Position numbers and translations under genes: made by a program | The notes under the pieces: generated by a model | What the model was told of the DNA's origin: nothing | The model's database searches: none | The model's input: only the letters and a program-made list of their open reading frames with translations | In this document: positions 13,292-27,273 of the stretch, one piece after another | Position numbering within the stretch: position 1 is the stretch's first letter | Layout of the letters: every line of letters starts with the position of its first letter | Origin: Parasitella parasitica NRRL 2501 | Lineage: Eukaryota > Fungi > Mucoromycota | Reading direction: 5' to 3' | NCBI GenBank assembly: GCA_025201805.1 | Contig: MU619266.1 | Coordinates: forward strand, 62,001 to 126,000 | Length of the DNA: 64,000 nt

Positions 13292-16107
13292 TTAGGTCAA
13301 GGCCTTTGCTGCATGTATGTTTGTTATTCTTCCGTGTACATAATGCATGTTTTACATGTTTGCATGTGTGCAGCTTTTGATTATTTAGGTACATGAGTGC
13401 ATACATAAACCTCCAAAATAAAAGTGCGCTTTTTAGTAATATTGATTTCATGATCTCTCAAATGACATTTACATGAAAACAAGTGTGCGTCAGATGATTC
13501 TTGTTGTCATGTACGCTTCTGTTACTAATTATTGAATTTAGTTGATAATTTGTGGTCAGATTTCATAAATAAATTTCATTTACCCTTTGTAGGACAATTC
13601 TTTAAAGTTTGGTAACAAGAATACTTGGGTTATAGTCCATCTATATGTATACATCACATTGCAGTTGTTCTGGTTGTTGTAAAAAGACTGTGCTGCTTTG
13701 ATTGAGCAGCATAAATATTTATTTACAGTACTACACATGAAACCCGATAAAAAGAGATTAAAAAATATTGTGTTTGTAAATGCTGTGCTTTGGAAACTAA
13801 GGGATTACATGCCTGAAATCCCGCTTCTTTTGAGGTGACACTTGTGTTAAAAGGATTTTTAAAGGGTGCAAGGGCCATTAAACAAGATCAACTGCTTGGC
13901 GTGCAAAACCGAGAATCTCTGCTAAAATATAGTAATATACTTATATTTAGAATATACTCCAAACATATGTGTAGATGTAGATATAATAGCCTTTTCATTT
14001 AAATTAAACTCCCAAGTGTTATTATCATACAGATATAAACAAAGCTTTGGTTGCTTTTCATGCGTAAGCTACTCATGCTTTCGATCATCAAGGATTAAAA
14101 GAATTGTTCGACAAACGCTAATGTAACCAACTGAGTGTAATAAAATAACATTTAATTTATACATGTACGAAAAAGAAATAGTGTTCCGTGTGCTACAAAT
14201 TCTATAATTACTACATTATAACGTATTGGAGCTATAAGGAACGCTTGTGATCAAAACAGCCGAGTCCAGTCCCTTGTTCGAAAAAAAATTGGCTTCGGAA
14301 AGCTGTTGAACATGGTTATAGCTTACAAAGTTTAGTAGCAAAGTGCACATCACCAGCAGGTATTCGAACTGTGAGATACATTGATTTTTATCACCAAGCC
14401 ATAAACTCAATCAAATGACCCATCATATCTACAGCTACTGATGAAGATCTTATTTCTAGCAATAGCTTCATTGCTTTGTCCAAAAGTCAAATTTATTTTG
14501 ATCTTTTCAATCCTCAATTTCGATTCTGGGCCAAGGCATAGAAGCGAGTAGAGATTAATGTATTAAGAAATCGAAAGCAATATTAACAACTGTTTCCTGT
14601 TTGGTATATTTAATACGTACATATTTCACCAAAACATATTTTATATTGGAAGCCACTTATTATTATACTGTTCAGAATTAGGTTAGGACCAAATTAATGC
14701 GGCTTTATAACTATTTTCGAAGGTTTGGATTACTTTAAGAGCTTTGAAAAATATCTAAGCGTCTTATATTTAACATACCATCCTTCATGTTGATTTTCCA
14801 ATTTTTTGAGCCTTTTTAGGAGACATTTTATATCCTGCCATTAAACTAAAAGCTGGTGTCGGTATGTACCAACTTGGACATGCATGAATATGGTGTTAGT
14901 TATCAAATAAATGTAAACAGTTAGATATGTGAAAAATGCTCTTTTTAAAGATACCTTCAAACAATATATTACGATACAGCCAGTCTATCAAATCTGTAAT
15001 AATCAATTTCTGCGTTAAATAAAACAATATCATTTTATTTTGTTGCAAGATAATATGTAGTTAACATCACCAAATATTTGAAAAAAAAAATCACTCTTTA
15101 CATATTACAACTTGTTTTTTTTTTCGCACAATAAATATATTGTTATGAAGGCACTACAATATATGTTACTATGTGAATACCTCATTTGGTAAACGCAGTG
15201 CTTGTTTCTTCGCAATTTTAACCTTTTCAAACATTCTAACCCACACCAAGTCGTTTCCAAGAGTTCGTATTTACTTTTTGATATAATATCAAACCAAGAG
15301 CAGGCAAAAAAATTTATCAATTTTCAACAATTTTTCATGAGGGCATACAAGAAAAAAATTGATGGAAAACATAATATATCAATTTTGACTTTTGAAAATG
15401 CAGTTGTCTGCTAAATCGAAAATATTTCGTTTTACTCAAACTTTAGTATGGGATTACTATTTTAGGTGATATTTATGCAAATCATAGCCTTTTAGTCGAA
15501 AAATGCAGTTTCTTTCAGGCGCTGATTACTCAAAATTTCTGGTGAAAACTTTATTCCTAAATTAGACTGCTAGATGAAAAATTAAGCGATACATAAACCT
15601 ACTTGGGCTGTTAATGTATACTAATTTAGTATTTTTGGATATATCGTCGAAGAAGTACCATCTGAGTACTTTTTAATTATACCTAATAACAAAAAATGAA
15701 GTCGGAGATCGCATATGTTTTACCATCACAGCGTTAAGCCTAGGACCTGATAACAATTGGACAACTAAGGTACTTATCAATAGCGTGCAATATTAATACA
15801 TTTATTGAATTGACACGTAGACAGTTAACCTTGTGTGATAATTTTATGCTTGGATAGCTCACCAATCTCGTTTCATAGCAAAGTAACCATCTATTCGGAC
15901 ATGCAATTTAAAGGCGGAGTATGAAATCAATTCAGGTACCAACAAACTAAACTTTGATCAGAAAACGTTCCTGATCTATGTCAAGTTTTTTGAAAAGTGG
16001 CCAAAGTAGATGATAGTAGTAAGCATATAGAAGAGAGCAGGAAACATATATATATAACATTAGGTATTTCTTTTAGAAAAAAAAATTACCCATTAGGTTT
16101 TTTTTTT

Positions 16108-16748
16108 NNNNNNNNNNNNNNNNNNNNNNNNNNNNNNNNNNNNNNNNNNNNNNNNNNNNNNNNNNNNNNNNNNNNNNNNNNNNNNNNNNNNNNNNNNNNN
16201 NNNNNNNNNNNNNNNNNNNNNNNNNNNNNNNNNNNNNNNNNNNNNNNNNNNNNNNNNNNNNNNNNNNNNNNNNNNNNNNNNNNNNNNNNNNNNNNNNNNN
16301 NNNNNNNNNNNNNNNNNNNNNNNNNNNNNNNNNNNNNNNNNNNNNNNNNNNNNNNNNNNNNNNNNNNNNNNNNNNNNNNNNNNNNNNNNNNNNNNNNNNN
16401 NNNNNNNNNNNNNNNNNNNNNNNNNNNNNNNNNNNNNNNNNNNNNNNNNNNNNNNNNNNNNNNNNNNNNNNNNNNNNNNNNNNNNNNNNNNNNNNNNNNN
16501 NNNNNNNNNNNNNNNNNNNNNNNNNNNNNNNNNNNNNNNNNNNNNNNNNNNNNNNNNNNNNNNNNNNNNNNNNNNNNNNNNNNNNNNNNNNNNNNNNNNN
16601 NNNNNNNNNNNNNNNNNNNNNNNNNNNNNNNNNNNNNNNNNNNNNNNNNNNNNNNNNNNNNNNNNNNNNNNNNNNNNNNNNNNNNNNNNNNNNNNNNNNN
16701 NNNNNNNNNNNNNNNNNNNNNNNNNNNNNNNNNNNNNNNNNNNNNNNA
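16108..16748. other. Assembly gap (N run)
   Basis: Run of n. Confidence 1.
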
Positions 16749-16769
16749 AATTCTGGGATATTTTACCTT

Positions 16770-18144
16770 TTAAGAATACCATAGAGCCCAAGCCCAGCGC
16801 ATGGAGAGGATCTCTATTACAACGACAGTTAGATATTTGCAAAAAAAAAACCTACGCAAACCGCATGCATTGCAAAGTGTGCGAGCCCCATCAGGTCCCC
16901 TTCTCCATTCCGGTGTTTCGGATATATTACATGAATGACATCTACCTCGAAACACGGGCCGTTTCTAACACCAAAAGCATTTAAGCATAAACATCTCTTC
17001 TAGATTTTATCTTCTTACCCCTCTCTTTCGAAGCCTGCCGGCATTACCAAGAGATAAGACATTGGTGGATGAGTTTTTCAGCAATGAATAACCTTCAGAT
17101 TCCTGTGCATGCAAATCGAAAAAGAGCACAAAATGATAGATTTAGTATAACCCAATGGAGATAATTTTAAAAGAATGAGTCATCGTGAAATGTGTAAAGA
17201 TATACATTGTCTGGTTAATTTTTTTTATACCTGATACTGCCCATCTAGATTGTTCTGTGCAAGGGGGTTTGGAAAGTTATGTAGTTTGGCATACTCGGCA
17301 GCTAATTGATGCTTTCTCAATCGAAGCAACGCATTTAAAACTTCGTTTGCTTTGCTAATCATGTCGTCCAACCAGGGCCGCATATTATTGGGGTTAGTGA
17401 AAGAATAGTCATTCCCAACAATGGAATGCTTTCTTTCAGTCATGTTTGTCGCTAAGCTATTGCAGTGCTGGACTACCTTGGCTTGATGTGAATACCTGGA
17501 ATTACATTTAAATCATGAGAAAACGGCTTACTTGTTCGATGTCTCTTTCAATAGTTCGTAGAGAAGGTGCTGATAAAGAAGAAGGTGTCAATACCATTTC
17601 AATCGGTGCATTGCTGACCCTGTTATTGTGTTGGACAGCATCTTTAGTCAGGGCTGATATCTGAGGCAGCGAATTTTGGCGATTACGATATTGTTGTTGG
17701 TCTATTGCAGGTAACGTATGATTTGCTGATGATGGTGCTGAAGTAAAATAATCTAATCTATTAATTTGAGATTGAGCGTTTTCATTTACATGAGGAATTG
17801 GACTCCAAGGCTCTTGATTTGATGGCTGGTGCTGTATTGGTACTATATTGATGCTTTTACCGCTGCTGCTGATCTCCTGCATTGTGGTGTTGCTACTCGT
17901 CGTGCTTAAGGCAGAGGGGGATAACGTAGATGGCGGTGGCCAAGATCTGCTTGCGAATCCTGTGTTCTTGGATAAAATTGGTGGTAAAACAAGATGCTCG
18001 TTTCTGTTGATGTCAGCTTTTTTGTTGTTTTTGTCCATAGTATAATAGCTGTGTACTTTTCACATTAAATGCGATGAAAAAATCACATCAAAAATGTTTT
18101 TGTTACCTGAGAGATGAAGAAGGAGGAGATGGCGAATTTGTCAT
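16770..18144 (-). CDS. GATA zinc-finger transcription factor, C-X2-C-X18-C-X2-C (NsdD/SUB-1-like); 3' end uncertain next to the gap
   Basis: [28 protein letters not shown] near 16850-16945. Upstream exons join from ATG 18144 ([13 protein letters not shown]|YYTMDKNN...) through the ORFs at 17508-18038 and 17225-17443. Confidence 0.88.
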
Positions 18145-18804
18145 GATAAAGTTATGTGTGTAAATAAATAATGAGATGTAATAGGAACAAGGATAAATAA
18201 ATAATGTTTTTTTTTATGAGAGAAAACAAAAGCAAAACAGAAGGAGGAAATAGAGTAAAAATAAAAAAAAACCCAAGTAAATATGCAAGCGATTTAGGCT
18301 ATCTCAATGATCGATATCTATTGTGACAATCTTTTAAATATAACACACATCAAGAGAATGCTATTAAGCGATATTATATTAGCAATGCTTGATTGGAGCT
18401 GTTGCTGCAACAACCAGCATTAAGGAATGAACGAGAGCAGTAAGTAAATCACATGTTGGTAATCTCCCATAAGCTGCGTAACAGCTCACAATCACGCACA
18501 TAAGCACACATCTATTTTAGCTTTCTGATTTACCCACAGAACAAGTTGCAGTGTTCGCTACCCAGTTCTGGGAGTCGTTACTAATTCTAATTACAATTTA
18601 GATGTTGTGGAAATGATTCATGTATGCAAAACGACTCATATCTTTGCAGACATCACACTCCGCCTCAAATCATTCGAAGATTGTACCTGTAAATGACAAA
18701 ATATAGCAGGTATGACAAGTTATACCAGTAGCAGTAGATGGAAGATACTTTTTTTTTTTTTTTTTTTTTATATATATTATAAAGAAATTATATGTACATT
18801 TTTT

Positions 18805-20719
18805 TTATCGTACAGGGAATGATGTACTAATATTATTAGGATTTTCACCATATAGAGTGTTACTATCTATGACCATATTGTTATTGTTGGGTGCGTATAT
18901 TTGTTGTTGATATTGCTGCTGCTGCTGCTGTCTGCCGTAGCTAGAATATCGGTTATCTGCTGCTACTGGCAAATTCGGGATATTATGGCTGTCATTTGCT
19001 GATTTAGGGGTGATTGAATCCAATAAAATGTCCCGTAAACGAAAACACTGACGTTTACGTTTGACAAAGAAAAAGGGCTTCTGCGCCAATGGAGCTGGCC
19101 TGCTGAGCTTAAGGGCTTGCATCACAACATCTACCTCTTCATCAGAGTCCACAAACGGTTCCTCATTTAGCTGAGTTGATGTTGATTTGATACCACTACT
19201 ATTTGAGCCATTATTACCATTTACAGATGCTGATGTCTGTTGGCCCTGTAATCTTTTCAAGTTTTTTATAGATTTTCCTGCAGAAGACACTGCTCCACTG
19301 TTATTCAAAGCACTAGTTGAGGCAGTAGCAGATAATGGAGCTAAAAACAAAAGCTTGATTAGATATGCCCACAAACACACGGACACACATTTACTCTTAT
19401 TTTTGGTTAGATGCTCTTTTCCATTGGGTCGACCAATAGACTTTTTCTGATAGGCTTGCAATAACACATCATACGGCTGTGATCTCCCTTCAACTGCACG
19501 TTTGGATCCCATCGAATGGCTTTTACATGTTAGTGATCGTGTGCAAGGCAAGTTATTCTGTCCCTGAATGACACCACACTGCTTATCTAGATCCAATGGC
19601 GCTATTCACAACTGGGTAAGCGAGAGATTGAATTGAGCGTATTCAGGATGTACCTTTTTGTTTGGTGCTTTTCTTTTGCTTTTCTTTCTTTAGTTTTTTC
19701 TTGTCAGGTTTTTCAGCAAGCACTGTGGGAGGTCGCTTTGCAGTCGTAAAAGGTGTATTCAGCTCGTCTAATTGATGGATTATGATAAATTGCACTATTC
19801 TGGAGTGTAGAGCCTAGACTGTATACCTTCCAATGCAGTTGCCTTCTTTTTCACAATTTTTTTCAGATTTCGTCTGACATCGATCTCGTCTTCTTCTTGG
19901 TCAGAAAAAAGTTCTGTCTCCCTCAATTCTCCAATACATGTTTCTATTGACGAAATGAATGTTTCATTTCTGACCCAACCCAATTTCAACTTTACCTGAA
20001 TGCTCTTTGAATTTACTGGGCAGGATTGGTCGTTGACAGTTTTTACATTTGACAACGACGATTTCCTCTTCCAATGGCATGGCGCCAAATATGCTCATAT
20101 CTTTTGCATCAAATCTCGTAGTTATCGGCGACCCGCTCTCGGAAACACTCTCAGCTAAGAAGTTTGATCGGTAAACCGAGCATATTCTCCAAACCAAACC
20201 AAACCAAACCCAACTACATGGCAACTTACTTTCTGATTCCAGGTGCATGGCATCTTTCATTTGGTGCCAGCTTGAACCAGTCGCATCCCTGAATTCCTTT
20301 ACATTGGTCTTCTTTTTTGGCTCGATTGTGTGAATCCCACTCCAACTCTTTTCGTCGTGGAATATCGATAATGTAGCAGGTGTAACGTGCTTGGACCAAT
20401 TTAGAGAACCTTCCGATTGAAGCAATGGCTTTGATAAAAGTGTGATATCTAATGCAGGCATCGTATTTGTGTGTATTCATTTTCTTTAACAAAATGGATC
20501 CATAATATCGTAGTGTTTTGTGCTATTATTACCAGATTGCAATCTTTCTATTTTGCTGCCTTTGCTTCGAAGTGCATCCTGCTGCTCCTCGCTCAAAAGA
20601 TCCACTACAAAATTCGTAATTGATGACAATCACCTCTCCTGCTTTTCAGAGTCATTATCGACGCTCCACTCACCTCTAGTGTTGCTATACTTTTTGGGGT
20701 TTCCGTTTGCTGAAGCCAT
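18805..20719 (-). CDS. SGF73: SAGA deubiquitination module subunit Sgf73/ataxin-7 homologue
   Basis: N-terminal Zn finger ([30 protein letters not shown]) and SCA7 domain (DLDKQCGV...[30 protein letters not shown]; VDSDEEV). ATG at 20719 splices in frame. Confidence 0.9.
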
Positions 20720-21713
20720 TATTTTCAAGCAAACCAAAATTGTTCAATATATATATATAACAAAAAAAAAAAAAAAAAAACCAGAATTCTTCTCCTTTCT
20801 CTCTTTCTCTATTGCGTCGTTGTTGACAAAGAAAAGGGTTCAAATCCAATCTATTTTCTACAATTTGAATAGCTGAATCAAAAGTCGTTTACCGCCTTTC
20901 GCTCTCCAGTCTAGTACGGACAAAGGACGGTTTGGTTGGTATGTTAAAGGGGTCACTCTTATAAAGCCTCCTAAATGTGTTGAACGACGTCACTGTTTAC
21001 TGGCTGTGTGGTAGTTTTTACAGTGCTCATTCTCAGCATAGATCATTTCGGTCTACATGATTTGTAGGCAGTCAAATATACCCTCGAAAACTCGCTTTAC
21101 ATTAAAGCATGGCAAGAACAGCTAATCAGCCTTCAGATGCAACTGGGACCATCAAATGTTACAATATTACTTTTGTCATCGTCTGGTACAGAGCAATTGG
21201 CGCTTCAAGCAACCGGTCAGTGCTCCATGTACGGTACATATGTTCTTGTCAATGCAGGCGTGTCGTTAGCATCGAAGGATGCATTGCTTGATGGCAATTC
21301 ATTCATTCAAGCTGACAGAGAAACGTAGACACTTTTATGATTATAAGGCAAATTTTAATTGTTGTGCTTGATTGAATCTGACGACATCTGCTATGATGTA
21401 TCGCTCTACCTAAATGTACGATGGGTCATGTGAAGTCCACAATACCAAAAAAAGAGTCGTACAAGATGAAGCTCCACCATTGACGGTTCACATCTGGGAA
21501 TACCGAACCCAATCAGATTAAGTTTAGTGCAATTGCTGTTGTATCAAAAGTCTGAATCCATTTTAGATGTCCAAGTTTTCGCTCTTTCTTTTCAGCTTTT
21601 CTTTTTCTCTTGACAGTGCATTTTCCACATCTTCTTGTTTTGGCTTCATTTTTTTTTTTACTGTGTAAAAATAGCATTCACCTTATCAAAGCAAGACCGG
21701 GAAACTTGTATAC

Positions 21714-24700
21714 ATGAAGCTAAGCAAGATCCTTTGTGGTGCATCCACGTTTGTATTGGGAATTACTGCGATACCCCTGTTTGAAACCCGTAAGTTGAAC
21801 GAGTGATGATATTTACATAGAGAAAAAAAAAAAAAAGAAAAAAAAGCTAATTGATTCATAGCAAACGACTATGATAGATACGGAAAGCAATGCCCGTTAT
21901 TTGCCCATGATAATGTAGTATGCCCTATGATGTGCGTTACCAACCAGAGCCTGTGTCCTGCGTCACTAGCTGCTACATGTCCTCTCGGCTTAACGTTCTG
22001 TGGCGATGGTACTTGTCAGGAATCATGCGCAGGTATTGCTAATGGATGTCAATGTGGTGACGATACAGTTCAATACTTTCCTTGCGCTGCTGGTCAACTC
22101 GTCAACATCACTCACTTTGATCCTATCAACCAGGTTGTGCAGATCCAAAACACATGTGCTGCCAACGCTAATGTCTCTGCAGCTAGCATTGGCGCTTGGG
22201 GCGACTTCAATACGTCTTTGCTCTGGCTGTCTTGTCCTGTCGTGGAACCCGCATTCACTTACACTGAGCCAATGTGGGTCGCTGTGTGGGCATTGATGGG
22301 CGCTGAAGCTGCTATTTTGGCGCTGTGGGCAATCTACAAATCACTTCGAGAAGCCAGATATCACCGCGCTGTTTCATCGCATCTCGAGTCTGCTGCGAAT
22401 GGTTCTGATACCTCCACCACCAAGTCAACAGCTCATGAACAAGCGATTAGAGTTAATAGTCAGATTGATGAGTCGGAATGCAAAATGGACATGGACAACG
22501 AAAAGTCAAAATCCTCGTACAAAGACGCTAAATCCCAAGACAAGTACAGCAGCTCGACAGTGGAATCAGACTCCCTCAAGGAGTCCGAGAAACTAAAGTT
22601 TCGCGGCTTCCTGAATGATTACTTTGGCATGTTTGGGTTTGCTTCTTGTGTGGTTACAACGCTATTGTTCTTTGTATTCTTGGGCTGTCTGGTTGGTGAT
22701 TACTGTAAGTGTCCGAAAAAATTTTATGGTTTGATTTTGTGCCACTGTCCCGACTTACTAACGGCTATTGTTGTTACACGACAAATAGATGGCACTTTGC
22801 CTGGTGGCGAGTTGGCGGTGTTTTTGTCGGGTGATCTGTCATCCAAGATCTTTACTGCTGTGTGGCATATTGCTGCAGCCTGGTTCTGCGTCATGATGTT
22901 TACAAAGAAAACCATCCGCAACTACTTTCGAATCGAGTCCTATGCTCACAAGTGCCCCTATGTGCAAGTTGAACGCAAACAAGACGAATTGATCTTTTTA
23001 GCTGATGACAGCAAATGGATTTCAAAACTCAGAGTCATTGAAGGACGTGTAACCAAGCGATTAGGGTAACGGTATTACATGATAGGGTATCCATTAAACC
23101 CGACTAATAATGGCGTCGCCCAATAGATTGAACATTTTGGTCTCTACGTGTCCTGTAAAACTGACGGAAAACAAGCTCCGTTATTTCGAATACCAATGTA
23201 TGCGATATGTTTACAATGCCGATAAAGCAAGATTCGAACCCTATGAATTTGATCTGGGATCCACCAACAGAAAGCTGCAGGCCTGGTCAGATGGTGTTTC
23301 GACCCAAGAGGCAAAGAACCGAGCTGCTCTTCTTGGCGCTAACGTCATTAAAGTAGACGTTCCTTCGATCCCCGTAGCCATCTTGCAAGAGTATGTCACA
23401 TTGCAATGCTTGTGCTATTGAGCAGCCACTAACTCTACTCGACGCTATAGATTTTCTTCCTTCCTGTACCTCTACCAAATGATGTGCATGTGGGTCTGGT
23501 ACTATTTTCAATACTATAAAATGGGTCTCGTGCAAACATGCATCATCCTTTTGGCTGCATTCATCCGTGTCTTTCTGCGTCTTCGAGCGGAGCACCGCAT
23601 CAGAGAAATGGCAGAACATGTTACTGATGTTACAGTGTTGCGCGATGGCCATTGGACAACTGCCTCCAGTGCCGATTTGATCCCTGGCGATGTGTTTGAA
23701 GTGCAAGAACAAACGCTTATTCCTTGTGATGCTGTTGTGCTCTCAGGAACCGTTGTTGTGAATGAATCTTCTCTTACTGGTGAGGCCATGCCTGTGCGTA
23801 AGTTCGCCATCGCTAATGACGACAATGCGTACGAGATGAACGGCTCTGGCAAATCCAATACGCTGTTTGCTGGTACCATTGTGCAACAGACTACTCCGGC
23901 GGTTTCTGACTCTGAGGAAAAGGGCCGTGTGTATGCGTTAACTCTTCGCACTGGCATTGCCTCTGAAAAGGGCATGCTTATTCACAAGATCCTCTTTCCA
24001 TCTCCTGTCTCCTTTATCTTTAACGAACATTTAAAGGTGGCTATCTGTATTCTTCTGGTCTGGGGCCTCGTTGCTTTTTGCCTGACGTTGTATTTGATGG
24101 GTCGCGGCAACATTACCAGCTGGTACTATGGCGTCTTTATCATTTCGGAAATCTTCTCTCCTTTGCTTCCTGCTGCTTTCACCATCAACCAATCTGTCTG
24201 CGCTGCTCGTCTTCGAGGCAAGAAGATTCTTTGTATTGATCTGCCCCGTATCAATCTTGCTGGTAAGGTCCGTATCTTTTGCTTTGATAAAACAGGCACT
24301 CTTACTCGCGAGGGCTTGGAGTTTTATGGCTCTGTTTCTGCGCCTACTGCAGTTATAGGCCCCTTTGGCCACCGTGAAGAGGACTCCCTCAAGATGGAGC
24401 CCACTTTAGCCATGGGCATTGCCACTTGTCATGCAGTCACCAAAGTAAAGGACCAGTTCATTGGCAATCCTGTTGATATAGAGTCATTCAATGCCATGAA
24501 ATGGGAATTATTAGAGCCCATGGATGCCACTTATTTGGATAGCTTTGCTGTCCCCTCTGCCACCCCCACTACCGAAAAGAAGCTGGTCCATGTCGTTCGC
24601 CGTTTCGAATTTGTCCATGCGCGTGCTTCTCAATCTGTCGCTGTGCTTGATCCTGACACTCAACATGTCCACGTCTTCCTCAAGGGTTCTTTTGAAAGAG

Positions 24701-26363
24701 TAAAATATTTGTCCCATCCTGATTCTATTCCCGTCGACTATGACCAGCAGGCTGCCAGGTACGCTCAAGAAGGTTGTTACGTCTTGGCTTTGGCTCATCG
24801 CGATATTGGTGTGCTGGGCAAAGATGTCACCATGGACCAGCTCAAGTCCATGTCCCGCGATGAACTTGAGCAAGATTGCTCTTTTGCTGGCTTTGTTCTT
24901 TTCCGAAACATGCTGAAGCACGATACTAAGGACGCGATTGCTGAATTAAAGGGTGGCGACACTCGCGTTGTCATGATTACCGGCGATACTGCTCTGACTG
25001 GCATTTACATTGCTCGGCAATGTGGCATGATCGAACCTCACCAGCGCATTCTTTTGGGCGATCTTGTCAATGAAAATGTTGTGTGGCACGATGTGGAGTC
25101 TGGAGATCAGGTGGATGTTGATCAAGTCATTGAGCAGGATCCTCGTGTGGAACACGAAAAACGTGTCGAACTTGCCATCACTGGCCGTGCTTTTGAGGCT
25201 TTGGTCAAAGAGGACAAAATGCGCAAATATCTACTGATGACTCGTGTATTCTCGCGCATGACTCCCAATGATAAAGTAATGTGTGTTCAACTCCATATGG
25301 AAAGAGGTGTTACTGCAATGTGTGGCGACGGTGGCAATGATTGCGGTGCTCTGCGTGCTGCTCATGTCGGCATGGCCTTGTCAGAAGCAGAGGCTTCTAT
25401 TGTATCTCCCTTCAGCACAAGCAATCGCTCCATTATGCAATGTGTCGAACTTTTGAAGCAAGGCCGCTCTGCCCTTGCCACTAGTTTTGCCAACTATCGT
25501 TTCATGATCCTTTATGGTAACGTAATGTCCTGGTGGGAGTTGCTGATGTTTTACTTTAGCGTTATCGCCCCTCAATCACAATGGAGTGAGTATTAGTAGT
25601 ATAGTTTATTCAGATCAAACGCATCTTGTGTATTAACTGCATATATCCTCTAGTCACTATTGACGGCTTCATTACCACTCTCATGACATTGGCCATCACG
25701 CAAGCTCAGCCTGCTAAAACACTGGCTGCCTCTAGACCCACAGCAAAACCATTAGGACCTTATACTATTGCTTCTTTGTGGGGCGTAATTTTCGTTAATT
25801 TCTGGTTCATAGTGGCCAGTGTTGTCTGGCTCTTTCAACAGGATTGGTTTGTCTGTAACGAATTCGACAGTAGCTCGATTGATACGGCCAAATGGTGGTT
25901 GATCGGTGACAACTACGAAGCTGCTGTGATTACCCTAGTTGCCATCTTCCAATTCTTCAACAGCGCCGCCATCGTCAATTTCGGCTCGGTATTCAGACGT
26001 TCATGGTGGAGAAACTACATCCTAGTATTTTTTTACTGCTGTTTCTTTGTGCATACGAGTTTCCTGATCTTGGCTGATCCCAATCCTTACAGCTGTATTT
26101 TCCGTGTCAACTGCGGTACCAGCTCTAAATTGGTTGAGCTTGGTTACCCCCAGCCTTACTGGGACATTCCTGAATACAACTCACCTGTAGGGCACAACGT
26201 CTTTCCTAAATCGTTTCGTTGGCAGTTATGGGGCTTTGTCCTTGCAAATTGCTTGATTAATGTGATTTGGGAGCGTGTTGTCTTGTTGTGGTTTGTCAGA
26301 GACAGATACATCAAGAAGAACAAGGAAACCCCAAAGAAGGGCAGAGCTGTCTTTAAGCTTTAG
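21714..26363 (+). CDS. P5-type (P5B-related) P-type ATPase with N-terminal signal peptide and Cys-rich ectodomain
   Basis: LIPGD, IPCDAVVLSG, VNESSLTGE, CFDKTGTLT (phospho-Asp), KGSFE, MITGD, RMTPNDK, MCGDGGNDCGAL; M4 reads FSPLLPAA. Exon 1 (21714-21789) encodes MKLSKILCGASTFVLGITA. Confidence 0.92.
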
Positions 26364-26467
26364 TCTATCTTGTTTTCTTTATTTATTTTATCATGTACTA
26401 ATTTGTAATTTCCTTTATATTCCTTCAAAAAATCTTAGACTATAAATAAAAAAAATCCCATTTGGAC

Positions 26468-26474
<7 letters not shown>

Positions 26475-26542
<68 letters not shown>
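26475..26542. repeat. Long poly(T) tract (~68 nt)
   Basis: Directly visible in the sequence. Confidence 0.9.
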
Positions 26543-26544
<2 letters not shown>

Positions 26545-26720
26545 GTGCTAATTGAAACTCAGCATGTCAAGAAGGCGTTTTTTTCATCCAAACTTCAACT
26601 TTGAGAGCTCATACTCACTTCAATTCAATCAGAAAACTAACCATACGTTGTTATCAAGTTTTTCTGCTTCTTAGCTTTATAATGATACTAGTTTCCCATT
26701 TGTAGCATGTGTAGTTATTG

Positions 26721-26945
26721 CACGCTCCGATTTTTAAAACTACTTTCCTTCAAAAGCTCAGAAAAACGTCGTCAGTCATCTCTTTGCGAGTCTGCAAACT
26801 GCAAAAAGTTAACAAAAGCCGTGCAAATATGGCATCAAAAGTTACCTTGAGCTCTATTGAATTGGTTATTATTATTTTTGCACCGCTTAAAGCTACTTGG
26901 TAGTTGTTTCTTTGCAGCTTTCCTTCTTTTCAGACGTTTTGCGTG
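26721..26945 (+). repeat. Diverged dispersed repeat, copy 1 (homologous to 29589-29820)
   Basis: Shares collinear anchors CACGCTCCGATTTT-AAAA-TACTTT, TCATCT, TGCAAATATG--ATCAAAAG and TTCTTTT-C-GACG with the second copy at matching spacing. Confidence 0.6.
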
Positions 26946-27273
26946 CTTTAAAGTCAGGGTCAGCGCTGGTTTTTCCTTCTTTTACACCTTTCATCAAACA
27001 CATGATAAAGTTTACGTAAAAACTCTGAATCTTTCGATTCATGACAAAGTGACACACGCTTAAATCTGCATTGATTGGTCTTTGCCAATTACTTGATCTA
27101 GCATCAAATAGTATACATTTTTACAATACCAACATATCCAAATTTTAATGTAAATGTCTTTTATTTTTTTTTTATCTTTTTTCCATCTTTGTAAAAGAAT
27201 AAGCTGAACTGAGGAAAAAAAAAAAGAAAAAAAAGAGAGAAAGGCGTTTATACGACAAACCAAATCAAAGAGT

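Noticed and set aside
15997-16842. Long X-containing ORFs spanning the first gap
   Set aside because: Artefacts of translating N runs.
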